Assembly (NCBI RefSeq): GCF_006345805.1
Contig: NC_043009.1
Location: forward strand, 61,876,001-61,940,000
Reading direction: 5' to 3'
DNA length: 64,000 bases
Source of the DNA: Octopus sinensis
Lineage: Eukaryota
The translations under genes were made by a program, and so were the position numbers. Below the pieces are notes generated by a model. That model ran no database searches. It was not told the origin of the DNA and worked only from the letters and a program-made list of their open reading frames with translations. Every line of letters begins with the position of its first letter. Position 1 is the stretch's first letter. This document shows, in pieces, positions 13,553 to 26,000 of the stretch.

Positions 13553-13905
13553 AGGCGTAGGAGTGACTGTGTGGTAAGTAGCTTGGGCAAGTGTCTTCTG
13601 CTATAACCTCTGGCCGATCAAAGCCTTGTTAGTGGATTTGGTAGACAGAAACTGAAAGAAGCCCGTCGTATATATGTATATATATGTATGTGTGTGTATA
13701 TGTCTGTGTTTGTGTTTCCCCCCTCCCCCCGCTTGACAACCGATGCTGGTGTGTTTACATCCCTGTAACTTAGCAGTTCGGCGAAAGAGACCGGTAGAAT
13801 AAGTATGAGGCTTACAAAGAATAAGCCCTGGGGTTGATTTGCTCGACTAAAGGCGGTACTCAAACATGGCCACAGTCAAATGATTGAAACAAGTAATAGA
13901 GTAGT
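13553..13905 (+). mobile_element. SINE family A copy (head partly deleted)
   Basis: High similarity to 8496-8917. Confidence 0.85.
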
Positions 13906-14489
13906 AGAGACCTAATTCATAGGCTTTAGTTTTCTTTGATTAGGGTGGACCCAAGCATGTGTAACATTCTCTTACTGCCATCTATTTCTTTTTTGTTTCC
14001 TATCTCAAATCTTAATCTTTAAGTGTCTTAGCCCCAAATATTTATCAGCTTAGATTAAATTTTTCCTCAGGGATGTTTGAATTCCGCCTGTTTTATTCTC
14101 ACCAAACGAAAAGTTGTTCTCTTCACTTTTGTATCATATTTATCAAATTGAATTGAAATCTGATTTTTGTTTACCCTGAATTTAAATTGCAGCAAGAATT
14201 GATGTATCAATGTATTGTACCATTCAGGAAATATTGGAGTCAATTTACTTCATTGTGCCCCACCCACTGCACCACTTCATGTTTGTGGCCCTGTGCAGTT
14301 GTTACATTATTAGGGAGATGGACTGACAAAAATGTCTTGCGATATTTGAGTCAGCTTTGCTTTTACAGTCTTCTGGGCTTGATAAAATACATACTGGTCA
14401 AGTACTGGAGTTAATTTGGTCAACTGTACACTCTCCTAAAATATGCGGGTTTGTACCTGTGTTAGAATATTATTATTGTTATTATTACT

Positions 14490-14705
14490 ACGGTGGTGAG
14501 ATGGCAGAATCGTTAGCACACCGGGCGAAATGCTTAGTGGCATTTCTTCTATCTTTACATTCAAACTCCGCTGAAGTTGACTTTGCCTTTTATCCTTTCG
14601 GGGGTTGATAAAATAAGTACCATTTGAGAACTGGGGGTCAATATAATTGACTTCCCCATCCTCTAAAATTGCCTGGTGCCAAAATAAGAAAGGATTATTA
14701 TTAAC
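14490..14705 (+). mobile_element. SINE family B copy
   Basis: GGTGAGATGGCAGAATCGTTAGCACACCGGGCGAAATGCTTAG head, GACTTTGCCTTT core, (ATT)n tail. Confidence 0.8.
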
Positions 14706-14879
14706 TGCAACAACAACAACTGGAAGCAAAAAGCCATACTGTCAGACTAAACAGTTGTTTTTAGTTTCATCCTTATTTATCATGAGTTGAAATTTTGCTG
14801 GGGTTTACTTTGGCTCCCATCACCCTACAGTGATTAAAATAAATATCCACAATTTACTGGATCATTCCCAAATCAACTA

Positions 14880-15415
14880 TTATAGTCTTTTTTTCTTTTC
14901 CTATGTTCTATACCCATGTCTTGGTTATCTCTATTTCCAGATCTTTTTATTTAGATAAATTTTTCCATTTCTTACACTATTGTTTATTGTGACTTATGCA
15001 TTCATTAAGAGGTATTTTCATTCTTTGTGGTCCTTGATAATATCCAGTTGATTAATTGTGATCAAGCTGTCTCTGTGGATGGATTAGGAGATATTCCAGA
15101 GAATGCTGCATTACCATTCTCTGAGACCTTTCCTGGTGCATGTTTATACCACCTTTTTGTTGGTATCTTTTATCTTTTACTTGTTTCTGTCATTTGACTC
15201 TGGCCATGCTGGGGCACTGCCTTGAAGTGTTTAGTTGAACAAGTCAACACCAACACTTAATTTTTTAAAGCCTGTTACTTATTCTGTTGCTTGCTGTTGC
15301 TAAGTTACGGGAACATAAACAAACCAACACTGGTTGCCAAGCGATGGTGGTGATGTTGGGGGGGGGGACAAACACAGTTACATGGACACATGCACACACA
15401 CATTCATACATATGT

Positions 15416-15446
<31 letters not shown>

Positions 15447-16260
15447 ACATGTTTCCACACAGTTTCCATCTACCAAATTCCCTCGCAAGGCATTGGTTGA
15501 CCATTGGCTATAATAGTAGATACTGCCTCACAGTAGGACTGAACCCGAAACCACACTGATAACGAGTGGCCATGCCTGCACTTACTAATATTTCTTGCTC
15601 TTCCACAGTGGATATTTTATAATAGTTTTCTAGTTGCATATGACCCTTACCTCTCTGCATTGTTTTCCTCTTACATATTGCCACTTTATTGAGTTGATAG
15701 TATCATAACTTTTGGGTAGAGCAAAGATATTTATTACTTTAATTTTTGTCATTAGTTCTGTTGTAAGTATTAATTTAATGCATCTTTAATGTCCCTTCTT
15801 AATTTTTTCCATCACTTGTATGTTGTACTTATTGTCTAGTTTATTGATTTCTGGGTATTTTTGAATGATCATCTTTGGTCTATGAATTCCCTCATCTGTT
15901 TCTTTACAAAGCCTGACAATAGAGCTTGAAATTAATTTTCTTCTCTTTAAGGTTGCCTTGGGTACATTCTTCTAATTCTGTGTCTTACATCAAATTTTCT
16001 AACAAATCTCTGAACTGTCTGCAGCAGTTAATTTAATTCTTATTATCTGCAGCATGCAAAAGGAAGTCGTCCTTATGCAAAAGATGGTTGCTAGCCTCTC
16101 ATAGCATTTGCATTGAAGTTCAGTCTGGTTTAATATGTTGGTTGAAAGTGTTAGCACCAGGCAGAAAAGCAGAGAGATTCTCCTTCAGAGGTTTCTCTTC
16201 TAATGGGAACTGGGATTAGTTTTTATAATAACCCCTTTTGTTTGTAAAATCGTTTGTCAG
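14880..16260 (-). mobile_element. Degenerate RLE-type (R4/NeSL-like) non-LTR retrotransposon, interrupted by a SINE
   Basis: Minus strand EGESL..LFCLVL..ILNQT and SNHLLHKDDFLLHAADN resemble QGDSLSPLxFC and NHLLYMDDLKLYA. At ~14980-15150, YKHAPGKVSEN...W..DII resembles the restriction-like endonuclease region. Confidence 0.65.
15170..15580 (-). mobile_element. SINE family A copy
   Basis: Reverse complement of family A, with an internal (CA)n. Confidence 0.8.
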
Positions 16261-16297
16261 CTATCCATTGATGTGTTTAATATTATTATTTTGAACA

Positions 16298-17590
16298 AGG
16301 TAGCGAGCTGGCAGAATTGTTAGGATGCCAGGTAAAATGCTTAGCAGCATTTCATCCCTCCTTATGTTCTGGGTTCAAATTCTGCCAAGGTTACTTTGCC
16401 TTTAATCCTTTCAGGGTTGATAAAATAAGTAGCAGTTTAACACTGGGGTTGATTTAATTGACTTAAACCCCACCCCCACCCCGAAATTGCTGGCCTTGTG
16501 CCAAAGTTTGAAATCAATATTATTATCTTGATTATTGATGCTACCTTACTTGTGGTTAGTGGATTTCAGGATCCACATGCAGGAAACACTTTCAAGAGCC
16601 TATCTGGGAGTCAGCCCTTACTATGCTCAGACCATTATTATTTAGAATAGTTTGACCATTGGACAAAATGTGTTGTGGTATTTATTATAGCTATTAGCCT
16701 TTCATCCCTTATACCAAAGTTGATTTAATTGACTAATTTCTCCCCATCAAAATGTGATCATGTATTTGTGTAAGAAATTCTTTTTGCTAAGTTTGACTTT
16801 TCCTTGCATTCTTTTGGAGTTGATAAAATACCTGTCATGTACTGGGGTTGATTTAATTGACTAACCCTTACCTCTTGAAATTTCTGGATTTGCATCTGTG
16901 TTAAAAACAATTATTATTTAAGACGACAAGCTGACAGAATCGTTTGCATGCCAAGCAAACTGTTTAGCGGTATTTTGTCTGCTGCTATGTTCTGAGTTCA
17001 AATTCCGCCAAAGTTCACTTTGCCTTTCTTCCTTTCAGGGTCGATAAATTAAGTACTAGAGAAGCACTGGGATCGATGTAATTGTCTAATCCTCTCCCAA
17101 CAAATTTCAGGCCTTGTGCCTTTAGTAGAAAGGATTATTATTATTAAGACCAGCTGACAAAATTGCTAGTGTGTCAGGCACAGTGCTTAGTAGTATTTCT
17201 TCCAACTTTACATTGTGAGTTCAAATTCAATTCAGGTTGACTTTGTCTTTCATTCTTCAGGGGTCAATAAAATAAATGCCAGTCAGATACTGGTTGTCGA
17301 TGTAATCAGCTAGTTACCTCCCCCAAAATTTCAGGCCTTGTGCCAAAATTTAAAAGAATTATTATTATGTTTTGGGCAGTGAACTGACAAAATCATTAGA
17401 ACATCAAACGAAATACCTTTCAGTATTTAATTATGGCCCTTTATGTTGAGTTCAAATCTTGCTAAATTCACTTTGCTTTTCATCCTTCTAGGGTTGATTA
17501 AATAAATATCAGTCAAATAGTTGATATAAGTGACTGTACTCTCTCTCCCTAAAATTTCTGGTCTTGAGCCTATGTAAAAAAGAAATCATT
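16298..17590 (+). mobile_element. Head-to-tail array of ~5-6 SINE family B copies
   Basis: Repeated GCTGGCAGAA...GAGTTCAAATTC...GACTTTGCCTTT...GCCTTGTGCC...ATTATTATT units starting at ~16298, 16640, 16921, 17148 and 17375. Confidence 0.8.
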
Positions 17591-19209
17591 AATGTTAAGT
17601 TTAATCAGTGACTATGGCAAGTGCTCGTTCAACATAATTAATTGTTCAAGAGATAATTATATAAGTTGTTCATTTTAATAGAGAAGTTGAAATGAAAGAG
17701 AACAATTCAAAATATTTCTCTTTGGAGTAGCAAATGAATTCCTCTGCTCCCATTCTTGTGGTGACTGAGATTAAAAGGCTGTGACTGTATATCTACTTAA
17801 TGCTGTGTAATTTATTTACCGTGATGCTCTAGCATGGCCATGACTGTTGAACCTATGTCAGTTATTACTGGAGTCATCCAAAATGTCATACACATGGACA
17901 CACACACACTTTCTCATATATATATATATATATATATATATCTATATATATATATATTATATATATATATATTTTATACACACATGCACATCTTTTATAT
18001 GTATGTTTATATGTGTTGCTCAAACTTCAATCTAATATTTCTATAATCATATGTACTTAAAGTTGAATATTTTCTAACTTTTGAAGAATTTTTTTTACTC
18101 AAGTAGTATGTCTCTTGTGGCATACTTTGTCATTCTAGTCTGCTTGCTCACCTGTGAGTCTGGAGATGCCAGCCTCCTACTAATATGTCTGTTGGCTTTG
18201 TAACTTAATATGCCTCTTTGCTACTTTGCTTTAGCAATGAATCACATACTACCTTGATGATAGCCAAAGCTACCTCCAGCCCATCTTACTCCTTGTATTG
18301 CTATTATTTCTTCTATAGTGTTAAGTAGATTAGAGAAGGAGAGAGAGAGAAGTGGGGGTAGAGAAATAGAATGTACATGTGTTAGCTACTACTACTGCGA
18401 CTTATTAATAGTTTCTACAGTAAAACTATTTTCCAACTTGTGTTTGCCTCTAATTGATATGTCCACATTATAAAGTTTCCTTTCAAAATCATTATCATCA
18501 TCATCATCATCATGTTGTTTTATGGCAAGAAACAAATACTAGTTAGAAAGAACATTTCTTGGATTTTTTCCATTACTTCATTTTTCCTTCTACAGTTGGG
18601 GTATAGTATACTAGAGTAGTTAGTATAGCTACCTGTTTTAATAATGTATCTGTTAAATATATTCTTGATTTCATTTTTTACTATGTTTATGTGGTTAGCG
18701 ATTTCCCTAGTTGGTTTGTTTGGCTTTGAGGTAAATCCAGTATTTAAATTGGTACCATTTGTTTTAAACATGTGTCAGAATTTGAAAGAATAGTTTAGAG
18801 ATGAGATGTATGATGTATCCAGAGATATATAAAATAAAATTACTGACATAAAAATAACAGAGGACTGTGATAATTGGGGAATATTTTATTCCTCTGAAGA
18901 TAGAAATATTATTTAAAAGAAGAACTTGTCTTCCTTACCTTGGTTGGTCAACAATTGTTTGCATTTGACAGAATCTTGCTGTCTTTATAATAAAAATGTT
19001 CAATGGCCCATATATATATACACACACATAAAAAGGCCCTTAAAACTAAAATAACACCTCTCTTACTTTGTATCCTACTTAAGGTTTTCATAGTGGACTT
19101 GCTTTAAAGTGGGCTTGTTGCATTTCAGATTTGAAATATTTTATTGATATGAAATTACATAACTTTCCTTTATATAATGTTCTTTGAAAGTCGAGTTTTT
19201 TTTCCTTTC

Positions 19210-19390
19210 AAATTATACCTGTATACCTTTAATCAGTTTACTGCCTAGTTCTACCTTATTTTTTAATTAGATTGCATCTAGGTATACCTGATTCTTTAAT
19301 TAGTTCATACCTAGTTACTAGTTATATCTGAACTCTTTACTTAGCTTAAATCTATCTACCTGTTTCTTTACTTAGTTTACTTGGTGTGTA
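19210..19390. repeat. Degenerate ~35-40 bp tandem repeat
   Basis: About five variants of TACCTG.TTCTTTA.TTAGTT. Confidence 0.55.
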
Positions 19391-20089
19391 ATATAGGCAA
19401 TGGTTTATAATAATTTACAAACTATATCACATTAGCAATACTTGTTTTTCTTTTCTTTTCCTGTCTCTGCAAAATACTCTAATGAAATTGCTATTTATTT
19501 CAAATGCACCTAGGTTGAAGAACTGAAGTGAAACTATCAGACATAATGTTTGTGATATTCAGTTATGGTACATTACATTCTGAGTAGAAATCTTGCTGGG
19601 GTGAATTTTGCCTTTCATCCCTTTGGGGATTGATAAAATCAGGTAGTAGGGGGTTGATGTAATCAATTAAACCTCTCCTCTCAAAAATTGCTGACCTTGT
19701 GCCTAAATTAGAAACCATAATTATTATTATCAATTTAAATTTTTTTGTCTGATATTATTCAACATTGAGAATATCTATTTACTTTATAGCTTTGATTCAT
19801 TTTGTTTTTAGCAATTTGGTGAGGCATGTGTAAACTGTGTGTGCACGTGTGTGTGTGTGAGAGAGATTAGTAATTGAACTAATTAGTAATAAAGCCATTG
19901 TAGCTGATACTCTTTGCCAATTGCTTCAGTGTTTTCTCTTTGGTGACAAACGTGAGACACTTTAAAAAAAATTTGACATCTGTTCCCAAGAATTCTGATT
20001 GTCAGCTGGTATACCATTCTGCCGGTACAATTCCTTCCACTTGTCTTTTAGAGAGATAGTACTGCACTCTGCTGATAGGAATGCTAACT

Positions 20090-20154
20090 ACAGCTGGTTG
20101 AAGGGGACCAAATGCCTTTTGGATTGATACAATTTGGCCCGATTTCAACCAGCT
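20090..20154 (-). ncRNA. mir-133: microRNA miR-133 precursor (mature 3p 20090-20111; 5p 20132-20154)
   Basis: Plus-strand ACAGCTGGTTGAAGGGGACCAA is the exact reverse complement of miR-133, UUGGUCCCCUUCAACCAGCUGU. The 5p arm AGCUGGUUGAAAUCGGGCCAAAU pairs with it, and the lower stem UGCUA/UAGCA extends to 20082-20165. Apical UGU present; CNNC (CAGC) 16 nt downstream. Confidence 0.98.
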
Positions 20155-22145
20155 ACAGAGTAGCAGTCTTAATGATATTGTGGAGTATAACAAAGATGTT
20201 GGGTGGAGAAAGACGTATGTCAAACAAACACAATGACCTGACATCACCGAGATGACCCTTGCATTTGACAAATTACGTAGACTGAGTCAATGAAGTGATC
20301 GGTTCTTGTTGATAGATCCATTATATTAGCAATATATTAGTGTTGATAGGAAGACATGGGAATGGAGCTGGTCAAGAATCCAAAGGGTTGTTAAAGGGCT
20401 CACAGATATAAAAACCACACAGAACTCCCCTAATCCTCTCACTATTTTAACCGGCATATTTAAGTTAAAATTTAGGATTAGCTCATCTGAAGGATTTCTT
20501 TCTTTAAAGACTCATCTATACATGCCAACATTTTTTTCCTTTTTTTAGGAAAACAAATTAGTAAAGAGCAAATTATAAGGAGAAAAAAAGGGGGTAAAAA
20601 TATCCGAAACAAAGGGCTTCGACAAAGTTAAAGAACAATCGAGAGAGAAATAGAAGAATTTACACAAGAAAACAGCAAAAATACCAAAAGAGAGAGAAAT
20701 AAAAAGGAATATTAGTAGTGACTGAGGCAAGGCAAAAAGTATCAGCTATTGGGCAGGAGTCATTTGGTAAAGCAAAACTGGCAGGTCAGTGCAAGGGACA
20801 AAATTTGCTGATGAATCTGAGACAATCCATTCCTAAGTTCTTTTATGCAGTTCTAGATTTTACCCCTACATTTTTTGTTTTTTAAAGAATTTACCTCAAA
20901 TTTTTGCAACTATCCTCTGCTGTCACATTATGACATAACATTTTTGTTTTGTAGATTTTTCTTTCTCTGTGAAATCTGACTGATTTCATGTGTGTGTATG
21001 TAGATGCCCACATGTGTATATAGATGTCTGTATATATATATGTATGTATATATATATAAAATAAATACATGTGTTTACAAGGAGGTATATGTGTGTGTGT
21101 GTGTATGATTTGAGTTTAATCATCTACATCTGTGAAAGTTAATTATCTTAAATTAAATTCTGGTCTATTTTATATATATTTTTTTGCCTTTTTATTAAGT
21201 AGGGGCCGGGTTATGTTATAGAAGTATTCCTTATTTTTGCTTACAGAGATTAATTTTACAAGGGTTTTCCACACCAAAATCACTCAGTAAAGAAGTTATA
21301 ATTTGATTGAAAAGTTTACCTGTGTATTTGAAAGAAGGCCAGGTGGGTCACTCTTAAAAGAACAAACGTAAATTTAAGGGATCATCTTAAGCTACTTAAC
21401 ATTTGACAATATTTAAGATATAGAGGCGATGTTTTAGGCACAAATATGAAAAAGCAACCGGTATAACAAATGACATGCAGCTTCAATGATGTTTCAACTA
21501 ATACATATGGGTTTACTACTTACTGTTATATCTTCAGCTATGTCCTCCTACCTCAACTCTCTCTCTTTCTCTCACCCTCTCTCTCTCTCTTTCTCTCTGC
21601 TCCTCCTTGACCTCCTCCTCCACTCCTCCCTTATTGATGAATATCCATTGACATAAGGGCATTTTTTGTTTTTTTTTACCTTAAGTCATCCCTCTATTCT
21701 GCAGTTCAAAGCTTACCTGAGTAGCTTTGTAAGTGTGCTCTTGTAGTATATTGCACCCTTTATAGCGTGTACACCAAGTCTTGGGTCCAGTGTAACCATG
21801 ACTTAAATAGACATTCTTTTCTCTCTCTCTCTCTTTCTCTCTCTCTCTCCCTCTCCCCCACCCTCCCTCTCTCTCTCTCTCTCTTCAAGTTTCTATCTGA
21901 TGCAGTAGTCATCGATGAAGGTTCTAGTAGTTTCCCCATATAATGCCATGACCATTTGTTGTTCTAAATATACTCCTGTAGCCCACCACTGCAAATATAG
22001 CACGAATTTCTGACATGTATGCATTTCTGTTTAGTAAGTTATGTAGATTGGAGTTATGCTGCTGCTGCTGCTTGTGATGGTGGTGTAGGTGAGATATGAG
22101 GACATAAAGGGGAGGTATCGGTGCTATATATATATACATATATAT

Positions 22146-22176
<31 letters not shown>

Positions 22177-22185
22177 CATATATAT

Positions 22186-22218
<33 letters not shown>

Positions 22219-22539
22219 CATACACATATGTATGTGTATGAATATATCACACATATAATAGTGTGTGGTAGCTGCTCAAATTCTATCTGCAATGATTCTG
22301 CTAGCAGCTTATACACCTATCTTTGTACCCAGATCAACTTCTCTCTTCGCACTACCCCATACCACCACCACCATCTTGCCCACCTCTCTAAGTTGGCCAG
22401 GGGTGGCAGGCAGCAGGGGTGGTAGTGGGGGATGGTGGTGTGGTGATGTAAATCCTAGAACAAGGCATTGTGAAAATACAAAAAAAAAAAATTAAAAAAT
22501 ATATAAAAAATTGGCGCTGGTTATTATTGTCTTCGTACC

Positions 22540-22970
22540 CCCCCCCCCCCGAGCACCACCCACCCCACAGCCAATAACTCTATTCCATTTCTCCTCCCAC
22601 CCCATCCTTCGACACCCAGAGAAGAAACTTTGTGGAGGATGCGGTGGGGGGGAGGGGTGAAGGATGGGAGGGTGCGAATAAAGGAAGTCGTGGAAGTGGG
22701 GTGGGGGTGGGGGGAAGGCAGAATCTTTGGTGAGATATTTGAAGTATTCTCTATTTACAGATATTAAATGGGGGAAACGGGATGGGGTGGGTGGGAGTGG
22801 ATGGTAGGGTATACAGCAGTTTTGGAGGTGTGGGGGTGGAGCGTCGAAACGCGAGCCATGCACGCACGCACACACGCCTATGCGTGTGCGCGCGAGTTAG
22901 GGCACGTGCCCTACCTAAGGTGGGCAGTGTGTGTGCTACGCCAGTAGCGGTGGTGGTGGTGGTGGCGACG
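22540..22970. promoter_or_regulatory. GC/CpG-rich island with G-quadruplex motif and a 16-bp E-box palindrome (candidate regulatory region)
   Basis: Many CpGs in an otherwise CpG-poor window. GGGATGGGGTGGGTGGG at 22779-22795; TAGGGCACGTGCCCTA at 22898-22913. Confidence 0.4.
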
Positions 22971-25144
22971 GTGGTGGTGATGGTGGTGGTGGTGGTGGTA
23001 CTGCTCTCGGGTTACCCTGGAAGTGTGCCTGAAGATGGTAGCAACATTATAACCCAGAGATTGCTGCCTTGCCATTCCAGTTTAGGCCTCCCCTTCAACT
23101 TATAAGGCAATGTCTATCATCTAGCACCATTCTAGGTAGTGAATACAGGGGGGCTATTTCTGCTACTACTGCTGCTGCTGTTGTTGTTGTTGTTGTTGTT
23201 CTTTGCTGCTGCTTCTGCCGCTGCTGTTGATGCTTTACTATCAGACTTTTTAGAAAGCTAGCTTCTTAGAAAACTTGCTGGATCCAACTTGTAGCATGGA
23301 TGCATAAATTTATTTCTGATTCTTCCTCCTCCTCCTCCTTCTCCTCCGTCATTATCATTTCCACCCACCCACCCATCCACTCCTCCCTACTTAGTACCAC
23401 TCTTGTTGTTTTTGTTGTTGTTGTTACTGCAGGCATCTTCGCTGTGTATCTTTTTAATTTATTTTTTCTCCCACCACCCAAATCAGAGGAATAACTAGAT
23501 TGATACCATTTTCCTTCAGTTAGTGAAGTAAACTTCACTCTTTTTCTCAGTTTCTTTTTATTACTGTCTGTCTGTGTCCAGGGGTTGGTAGTCCCCCCCC
23601 CATCACTCACCAAGTCCTTTCAGGCACGAGCCCTTCTCTCTCAGTACTCCTCCTCCTTTTTCCCTGTTGGACTTGAATTTAAAACTCAGATATCTGTTGC
23701 TATCATATATATATATATATATATATACATACATACACACACACACACACCAATAACGAGGAGTAGGAAACATTTATGTTAGGGTGATGGGAGTGTTGAT
23801 AATGGTGGTGGTGGTGGTAGTGATGGTGGTGATGATGAATGTGATGGTGTGAGTGATATTAATGATGGTGATGGTGGTGATGGATGTGGATTGATGATGG
23901 TGATAGTAGTGTTATGTTAATTAGCTCCAGGCCTGTTATGATTACATAGGCCTATAATCAAAAACGTTCTAACCGTGACCATCCCATCTTTTAATCAAAC
24001 AGTGTATCTGAGACTACGTTTTTTTTTTTTCGTTTTTTTTTTTTTTAAATGCTAAGGTGTGATTTGAGAGATATTTAGCTGCTATTTCCAGTAGTTTAGA
24101 TGACTGCATAGAGACTCACTTATCGGTAGTGTTGCTGCTGCTTCCTTATACTTTGTTCTTCAGAACACCAACTGTTAAATTGATTAAGTTACTTATATAT
24201 TTCATGTCAATCTCTCCCCCCCCTTGCCCTCTCATTAACTTCATTAGTTCTACTTTAATTATCACAAATATCTTACCACACAATGGCTTTCATCTCACTC
24301 TGTTTCTATTACACACCACCTTCCTCCCCTACACAATTAATGGAATGAAGTTACAACATATACTCTATTCTGTATACTACGCATACACATGACGTACCAT
24401 GCACGTATGCACACCTTCATATATATACACATATCACACATACTATACCACACACACAACACATACATCATACACACACTGTTCACACTAAATAAATAAA
24501 TAAATACACACACACACACCACACTCACCACCAAGGGAGCTTCTATGGGGATTGCTTGGTATGCTAGAAATAGCAGCCAAATCTTACTTAATCACATACC
24601 ACTGCCCTAGAAAAATATAATGTGGTCCTGGGTTCCTGGCAGATACAAATACAAGAGGGTTGTCATGGCTAGGTGGTCTTTGATCATTGGTCAGTTCATT
24701 GAAGGCTGACCAGGGTTTAAATACTAAGAACAATTATACCACATACATGCAAACACATACATCAAATACCATGCGTCTACGCAATACACCACACACATAA
24801 ACACTGCATCACACACACACATACAAACAACACCACATGCAACACAAATACCAATCATTGCATACTGTAGCACACACTCACACACCACATGTTCACACTA
24901 CTCATACACTACACATGCACCCTCACATACTTTACACGTGCAACAACAAAATTAATACAACTTCAATTTTTGTTTCTAATTAATTCTCATCCCAGCTGGA
25001 GTCATTTCACTTCGTTTCACTAATTCCCACATGAGAGAGGCATAACTGCCATCACACCTCTCCAATCATCCTTATAGCTCTTCTACCATATACTGAGAAG
25101 TCGTGGGATCCCTACTTTTCTAGTGATCCACTTAGGTTTTATAA

Positions 25145-25449
25145 CATGGGTTCCCAACCATTTCTTTTACCTATAGACCCCTTTTATTCCCTTTTATTCC
25201 TATTTTACTCAGGTGGATCCTCACAGCTATACCACTCTTTTACTTGTTTTAGTCATTTGACTGTGGCCATGCTGGAGCACCGCCTTTAGTTGAGCAAATC
25301 GACCCCAGGACTTATTCTTTGTAAGCCTAGTACTTATTCTATTGGTCTCTTTTGCCGAACCGCTAAGTTACGGGGACGTAAACACACCAGTATCAGTTGT
25401 CAAGTGATGTGGGGGGGGGACAAACCACACACACACACAAACGTATACA

Positions 25450-25508
<59 letters not shown>

Positions 25509-26000
25509 CACATGTACACATATACATATACACACGACGGGCTTCTTTCAGTTTCTGTCTACCATATCCACTCACAAGGCTTTGGTCGGCCTGAGGCTAT
25601 AGTAGAATACACTTGCCCAAGGTGCCACGCAGTGGGACTGAACCCAGAACCATGTGGTTCATAAACAAGCTACTAACCACACAGCCACTCCTACGCCCTA
25701 TTATATATTTTAATTATTTATTACAAGGAATTAGGAAATTGTTAAAATATTTTGTGTATCACAGAAGTATAACCAATTTATTGCATATAACTTAGCGGTT
25801 TGGCAAAAGAGGCTGATAGAATAAGTACCAGGCTAAAAGAAAAAATATGTAAGTCCTGGGGGTTGATTCATTTGACTAAAAGTTTCTTCTAAGCAGTGCC
25901 CCAGCATGACCACAATCTAATGACTGGAATGAGGTAAAGAAAAGCTAAAAGATAAATTTCAACAACAAAATCTTATATGGAGCCTGGTTGAATACCATTG
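25145..26000. mobile_element. hAT-type MITE carrying two nested SINE insertions
   Basis: Ends CATGGGTTCCCAACC and GGTTGAATACCATTG; flanks TTTTATAA and GTTTATAA (7/8 match, 8-bp TSD). Interior is homologous to 35759-36006. Confidence 0.65.
25233..25699 (-). mobile_element. SINE family A, full length
   Basis: Near-perfect reverse complement of 8496-8917, with internal (CA)n(TA)n. Confidence 0.9.

Noticed and set aside
20002-20271. 89-aa ORF
   Set aside because: It is the miR-133 hairpin region read in frame; no coding evidence.
23020-23145. TAGCACCATT (miR-29 seed) at ~23122 on the plus strand as a miRNA
   Set aside because: No contiguous complementary arm within pre-miRNA distance.
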